DNA from: Alphaproteobacteria bacterium
Lineage (GTDB): Bacteria > Pseudomonadota > Alphaproteobacteria > JALRGP01
Length of the DNA: 31,579 nucleotides
Assembly: GCA_044355315.1 (NCBI GenBank)
Contig: JBIKYJ010000001.1
Location: 1 to 31,579 of the forward strand
Reading direction: 5' to 3'
Below the pieces are notes generated by a model, which saw only the letters and a program-made list of their open reading frames with translations, did not search any database and was not told the origin of the DNA. Position 1 is the first letter of the stretch; each line of letters starts with the position of its first letter. Positions 27,095 to 31,579 of the stretch are shown here, piece after piece. A program made the translations under genes and the position numbers.

Positions 27095-28240
27095 TTAAGA
27101 ATTTTTCTTAGAATCAAACAAATCTTTAAATTTTTTTAAAAAACCTGTTGATTCTGGATGATGATTCTTAGAATCACTGATTTTAACAAATTCCTCTAAT
27201 AAATCTTTTTGTTGTTTTGTTAAATTAACAGGAACCTCGACAGATACCTCAACTAACATATCTCCCCGTGATGAAGAGCGCAAGATTTTCATCCCCTTTC
27301 CTTTCAGTTTGAAAATTTGACCATTTTGTGTGCCTGGAATGATTTTTAAAACCGCAACAGACCCATCAATGGTTGGGACTTCAACTTCTCCGCCCAAGGC
27401 CGCCTTTGCAAATGGAATCGGGATTTTGCAAAAAATATCATGTTCTTTTCGTTTAAATAATTTATGAGAACGAATAGAAATGAACACATACAAATCACCA
27501 CTGGGCCCGCCTCGAAGTCCTGCTTCACCTTCTTTGTTTAAACGTATTCTTGTGCCTTCGTCAACGCCTGCTGGAACTTTGACTTCCAATGTACGATTTT
27601 TTTTCACACGCCCACTGCCATGGCAGCCGCGACAAGGATTTGAAATAATTTGTCCTACACCAGAACATCCATGACAAGTTCTTTCAATGGTAAAAAATCC
27701 TTGTTCCATGCGGACTTTTCCGCGTCCATGGCACACTTGACACGGTGTTGGATGAGCGCCACCTTTGGCACCACTTCCTTTACAATCATCACATGAAACG
27801 GGTGTAGATACATGAAAGGAAGATGATGTTCCTTGAAAAGCTTCCTCTAAAGTGATTTCAAGATTGACGCGAATATCTGATCCAGCTTGTTGGAAATGAG
27901 ATCCTCTGTCCCTATGATCTCCACCGCCACCAAACAAGTTGTCCATGATATCTGAAAATGTTTGACCAAAATCACCTTGAAAGTCAAAACCAGAACTAGA
28001 AAATCCTCCGCTTTGCCCATTCACGCCATCCGCACCATAACGATCATACGCAGCACGTTTTTGTGGGTCTTTTAATATTTCGTAGGCGGCAGTGATCTCT
28101 TTGAATTTTTTCTCAGCCTCTTGATCTCCTGGGTTTTTATCCGGATGATACTTCACAGCAAATTTTCTATAAGCTTTTTTGATGTCGTCATCACTGGCCG
28201 TGCGCGATACTCCTAACAATTCATAATAATCAGAAGACAT
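27095..28240 (-). CDS. dnaJ: Chaperone DnaJ
   Basis: J domain DYYELLGV...HPD, G/F-rich region and four CxxCxGxG motifs. ATG 28240 is preferred as start. Confidence 0.98.
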   Translation of the reverse strand: MSSDYYELLGVSRTASDDDIKKAYRKFAVKYHPDKNPGDQEAEKKFKEITAAYEILKDPQKRAAYDRYGADGVNGQSGGFSSSGFDFQGDFGQTFSDIMDNLFGGGGDHRDRGSHFQQAGSDIRVNLEITLEEAFQGTSSSFHVSTPVSCDDCKGSGAKGGAHPTPCQVCHGRGKVRMEQGFFTIERTCHGCSGVGQIISNPCRGCHGSGRVKKNRTLEVKVPAGVDEGTRIRLNKEGEAGLRGGPSGDLYVFISIRSHKLFKRKEHDIFCKIPIPFAKAALGGEVEVPTIDGSVAVLKIIPGTQNGQIFKLKGKGMKILRSSSRGDMLVEVSVEVPVNLTKQQKDLLEEFVKISDSKNHHPESTGFLKKFKDLFDSKKNS

Positions 28241-28291
28241 CTTGATATGTTTAATAACACTTAACACTTATTATATTGCAAATTACGAAGA

Positions 28292-29359
28292 TCAACAAAT
28301 CTTGCACATGAATTGTTGGTAGGGGCAACTGCTTCTATGAGAAGCTAAATTTGAATTCGACTCCTCGTGCAATACCTTGCCAACAGGCACACCATCAAGA
28401 TCAAATTCATAAGGATCAGGATCGTCAAATGGCATATTGGCGTAGCCATTTTTGACATAAAATCTTAAACTGCTTGGCCTGGATGTCACTTGAATATTTT
28501 TGATGCCTAAACGTTGAAGCCATATTTCTATAAGCACCAAAAACCTGCTTCCAAAATTTTGATTTTGCTGATCTTGATGAATCAACATCATTCGAATTAC
28601 GCTTCGTTGATTGGGAAAAAAATGAACATGAGCGTAACCAATAATCTCCATACCTTGATACAAAATTAAATGAGCATGGTCTTTATGATTAAATGTCCAT
28701 GCGTAAGGATCATCTGTATCGTAATGACTAAAAAAATAGGTATCACGAAAATACTTTACAGCAGCCCATTCTGCAGTATGAGCACACAACACAAAGCGAG
28801 ACCGATTGAAATCCGATTGTTTTAAGTGAGATCTGATAAATTCATCTTTACGCAGTGTATAGTTTTTTAAAAAAGGATGCTGTTTATCATGGGCAGTCTC
28901 GTCATTCAAGATTGAACGCTTTAAACGTTCATAGTCATCTCGAATATGATAGTTGTTTCTTAAAAGATCTCGAAATAATACATTAAGCTCAATATCAGGG
29001 TGTCCCTCTTCAAAAACGTGGAGGTTGATATGATTTCCTTGTCGTTTTGTGAAACCAAATTTAAATGGAATATTCCATTCTCCTTTGTAGGTAAAACCTT
29101 CTTTCTCAAGACATGAGACTGATAAATGACCATTTTTAACAACAGCAATCATATCGATTTTAGGTTTTGCTGCAAGGCCCGGTACTGACGTTGATCCAAT
29201 GTGATGAATTGCTAAACAGTTATGACTTAATGCCTGTTTAATAAACATTGCCTCTTTTTCAAAAATATCTGACCAATTGGGGTCATAGGGAAGAATGTCA
29301 ATACGATTTATTTTTTTGACAGTGATTTGATCCAAATCTTTGTAAATAATAGATGTCAT
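28292..29359 (-). CDS. GrpB-like domain fused to a GNAT acetyltransferase
   Basis: PYDPNW, HHIGSTSVPGLAAKPKIDM and HLHV-like NLHVF in the N-half; IIGYAHV, QNQNFGSRFL and LRFYVKNGY in the C-half. GGAG RBS present. Confidence 0.85.
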   Translation of the reverse strand: MTSIIYKDLDQITVKKINRIDILPYDPNWSDIFEKEAMFIKQALSHNCLAIHHIGSTSVPGLAAKPKIDMIAVVKNGHLSVSCLEKEGFTYKGEWNIPFKFGFTKRQGNHINLHVFEEGHPDIELNVLFRDLLRNNYHIRDDYERLKRSILNDETAHDKQHPFLKNYTLRKDEFIRSHLKQSDFNRSRFVLCAHTAEWAAVKYFRDTYFFSHYDTDDPYAWTFNHKDHAHLILYQGMEIIGYAHVHFFPNQRSVIRMMLIHQDQQNQNFGSRFLVLIEIWLQRLGIKNIQVTSRPSSLRFYVKNGYANMPFDDPDPYEFDLDGVPVGKVLHEESNSNLASHRSSCPYQQFMCKIC

Positions 29360-29440
29360 TTTTCTCCGTCACATTGATTAATCATTGTGATTAATCTTAT
29401 TGTAGCCTATTCTTTCGCCCGGGCCCCTGCCTGCATGCTG

Positions 29441-29460
29441 TTTTTCGTGCGTAGGCCCTG
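29441..29460 (-). mobile_element. ISAs1-type terminal inverted repeat (probable left end, no transposase behind it)
   Basis: Minus strand CAGGGCCTACGCACGAAAAA is 16/19 identical to the end of the transposase remnant at 31442-31460 and has the CAGGG terminus typical of ISAs1. Confidence 0.6.
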
Positions 29461-29543
29461 TGGAGAAAGGGGTGTACCGTTTTGTCTGTCTCTGGTTAAA
29501 ATGTTATTATTTTCTAACTTTAATGCAACGCATTAGATATAGT

Positions 29544-29577
29544 TGCTATCCCCTTATACATGCATGTGGGGATAGCA
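29544..29577 (-). terminator. Hairpin downstream of typA
   Basis: TGCTATCCCC-N14-GGGGATAGCA, 10-bp stem, 13 nt after the typA stop; no clear U tract. Confidence 0.5.
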
Positions 29578-29589
29578 TGCTCTTAAAAG

Positions 29590-31422
29590 CTAACGTGATC
29601 CCATCTTTTTTCTCTCATTCGGATCCAAGTATCGTTTTCTCAGACGAATGGATTTTGGCGTCACCTCCACCAATTCATCATCTTGGATGTACGATAGAGC
29701 TTGTTCCAATGTCATGATCCGTGGTGGGGTGAGACGAATTGCTTCATCTTTTCCAGCTGCGCGTACGTTACTGAGTTGCTTGGCCTTTGTGGGATTAACT
29801 TCTAAATCATTATCACGGCTGTTTTCACCAATGATCATTCCTTGGTACAAGGGGGCGCCAGCACCAATAAATAATGTGCCACGATCTTCCAAATTAAATA
29901 AGGCATATGCTACCGAATCGCCGTCGCTGTTGGAAATTAAAACACCATTAATACGTCCTTCTATAGCACCTTTATACAGGTCGTACCCATGGAACACACG
30001 GTTCATAACGCCGGTTCCACGAGTCATGGTCAAAAATGGGTTATGAAACCCAATGAGACCTCGGGACGGCCCATGAAAAATGAGTCGTGTTTTACCGCCG
30101 CCTGATGGGAACATATTGACCATATCGCATTTACGAAAATTAAGGTTTTCAATAACTGACCCAGTATATTCATCGTCTACATCAACAACAATTTCTTCAA
30201 TAGGTTCTAATTTTTGCCCTTGCTCATTGGTTTTAAATAAAACGCGAGGACGGCTGATGGATAATTCAAATCCCTCCCGTCGCATAGTTTCAATCAAAAC
30301 ACCCAATTGCAGTTCTCCACGTCCGGCAACCTCAAAGGCATCGCGATCTTCGGTCATCCGAATGTGCAGGGCGACGTTTCCTTCAGCCTCTTTCATCAAA
30401 CGATCGTGGATCATGCGTGATGTCAGCTTGGTTCCTTCTTTCCCAGCAAGGGGAGAGTTGTTAACGGAAAATGTCATGGCAAGGGTTGGGGGATCGATGG
30501 GTTGGGCTGGCAATGGCACCGTCATATCAGGGGCACCAATCGTATTGGAAACTGTTGCCTTTTCAAGGCCGGCAATCACAACGATATCTCCGGCAACCGC
30601 CTCATCAACGGGGATACGTTCCAATCCCTTAAAGGATAATATTTTTGAAATACGCCCCTGTTCCACCAATTGTCCATCAACACTTAACACCTTGACGGCC
30701 ATATTGACCTTTGCAATACCCTGTTGAATACGACCAGTTAAAACGCGTCCCAAATATGAATCATACTCACGGGTGGTAACCAGCATTTGAAATGATCCAT
30801 CTTTTTGAACACGAGGAGCCGGAATATGATGGATAATGGTCTCAAATAAGGGAGTTAAATCAACGCGCTCGTCCGACACATCTTTGATGGCCCAACCAGA
30901 TCTGCCCGATGCATATAAAACCGGAAAATCTAATTGTTCATCATTGGCGTCCAAAGCCACAAATAAATCAAAAACTTCATTAAGAACTTCTTGAGCGCGT
31001 TCATCAGGGCGGTCCAATTTATTGATGACAACAATAGGTTTTAAACCTAATTTTAAGGCCTTTCCAACAACGAATTTTGTTTGCGGCATGGGGCCTTCGG
31101 CGGCGTCAACCAAGACAACCACTCCATCTACCATGGATAAAATGCGTTCCACCTCTCCACCAAAGTCAGCGTGCCCTGGTGTGTCAACGATGTTGAGACG
31201 GGTCTCTTTATACATAAGCGAGGTGCATTTTGCCAAAATCGTAATGCCACGCTCTTTTTCTAAATCATTCGAATCCATTGCGCGCTCTTCCACATGTTGG
31301 TGCGCTTTAAACGTACCACTTTGTTTCAGCAGTTGATCAACCAGGGTTGTTTTACCGTGATCAACGTGCGCAATAATAGCAAGATTTCTCATAATTATTT
31401 CATTCTTAAACATTAAGTCCAT
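29590..31422 (-). CDS. typA: Translational GTPase TypA/BipA
   Basis: [39 protein letters not shown] and [11 protein letters not shown]. Start may be ATG 31392. Confidence 0.99.
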   Translation of the reverse strand: MDLMFKNEIIMRNLAIIAHVDHGKTTLVDQLLKQSGTFKAHQHVEERAMDSNDLEKERGITILAKCTSLMYKETRLNIVDTPGHADFGGEVERILSMVDGVVVLVDAAEGPMPQTKFVVGKALKLGLKPIVVINKLDRPDERAQEVLNEVFDLFVALDANDEQLDFPVLYASGRSGWAIKDVSDERVDLTPLFETIIHHIPAPRVQKDGSFQMLVTTREYDSYLGRVLTGRIQQGIAKVNMAVKVLSVDGQLVEQGRISKILSFKGLERIPVDEAVAGDIVVIAGLEKATVSNTIGAPDMTVPLPAQPIDPPTLAMTFSVNNSPLAGKEGTKLTSRMIHDRLMKEAEGNVALHIRMTEDRDAFEVAGRGELQLGVLIETMRREGFELSISRPRVLFKTNEQGQKLEPIEEIVVDVDDEYTGSVIENLNFRKCDMVNMFPSGGGKTRLIFHGPSRGLIGFHNPFLTMTRGTGVMNRVFHGYDLYKGAIEGRINGVLISNSDGDSVAYALFNLEDRGTLFIGAGAPLYQGMIIGENSRDNDLEVNPTKAKQLSNVRAAGKDEAIRLTPPRIMTLEQALSYIQDDELVEVTPKSIRLRKRYLDPNERKKMGSR

Positions 31423-31440
31423 TGTATCATATGGTCATGC

Positions 31441-31579
31441 AAGGTCCTACGTACGAAGAATTTTATTGACACAATTCAATAAATGCTTTAATGAGATAGA
31501 ATTTCGCCTCATGATACTTTTCAGAGATTGCTCAGGTTTAGTTTTTGCTTTTTGAAGAATACCCAATGCCCATTTTCTT
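31441..31579 (-). mobile_element. 3' end of an ISAs1-family transposase plus right IR (truncated by the window edge)
   Basis: Frame 31578-31447 reads RKWALGILQKAKTKPEQSLKSIMRRNSISLKHLLNCVNKILRT*, which I recognise as an ISAs1-type C-terminus. The stop lies inside the IR-like TTCTTCGTACGTAGGACCTT. Confidence 0.65.

Noticed and set aside
28294-28375. Degenerate ISAs1 right IR or RPE remnant at the 3' end of GrpB-GNAT
   Set aside because: Only 10/20 identity to the ISAs1 IR and short gapped matches to the murG element; not distinguishable from chance by eye.
29410-29485. GC-rich structured segment as 6S, SRP, tmRNA, riboswitch or group II intron piece
   Set aside because: No diagnostic motifs were found, and the ISAs1 end explains most of it.

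Overview
AT-rich window from an alphaproteobacterium, most likely a host-associated Holosporales/Rickettsiales-type endosymbiont. This is inferred from alpha-type Obg, SecA, DnaJ, TypA, L33 and tRNAs, an RPE-like coding insertion, decayed IS elements and the presence of rpoN. Housekeeping content: rpmG, mscS, phaC, rpoN, obgE, lptF-like, murG, tRNA-Ser(CGA), prmC, secA, MsbA-like ABC exporter, tolC, tRNA-Gln(UUG), TauE/SafE exporter, murE, dnaJ and typA. Accessory content: a polysaccharide pyruvyl transferase, a stand-alone Fis-like protein, a GrpB-GNAT fusion, a multiply frameshifted IS630, ISAs1 ends on both sides of typA, and three large unknown proteins with signal-peptide-like starts. Main points: (1) a 144-nt TA-flanked palindromic element inserted in-frame in murG; (2) five intergenic CtrA-type TTAA-N7-TTAA boxes in front of phaC, rpoN, tRNA-Ser/murG and two candidate effector genes; (3) a candidate nucleus-targeted effector with a PPSKKRKR motif, an (EYGEE)6 tyrosine repeat and an in-frame TGA in its signal peptide; (4) a MurE missing its N-terminal domain; (5) an ISAs1 left end directly in front of the GrpB-GNAT/dnaJ/murE run. 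No database searches were run; all family calls come from recognised motifs.
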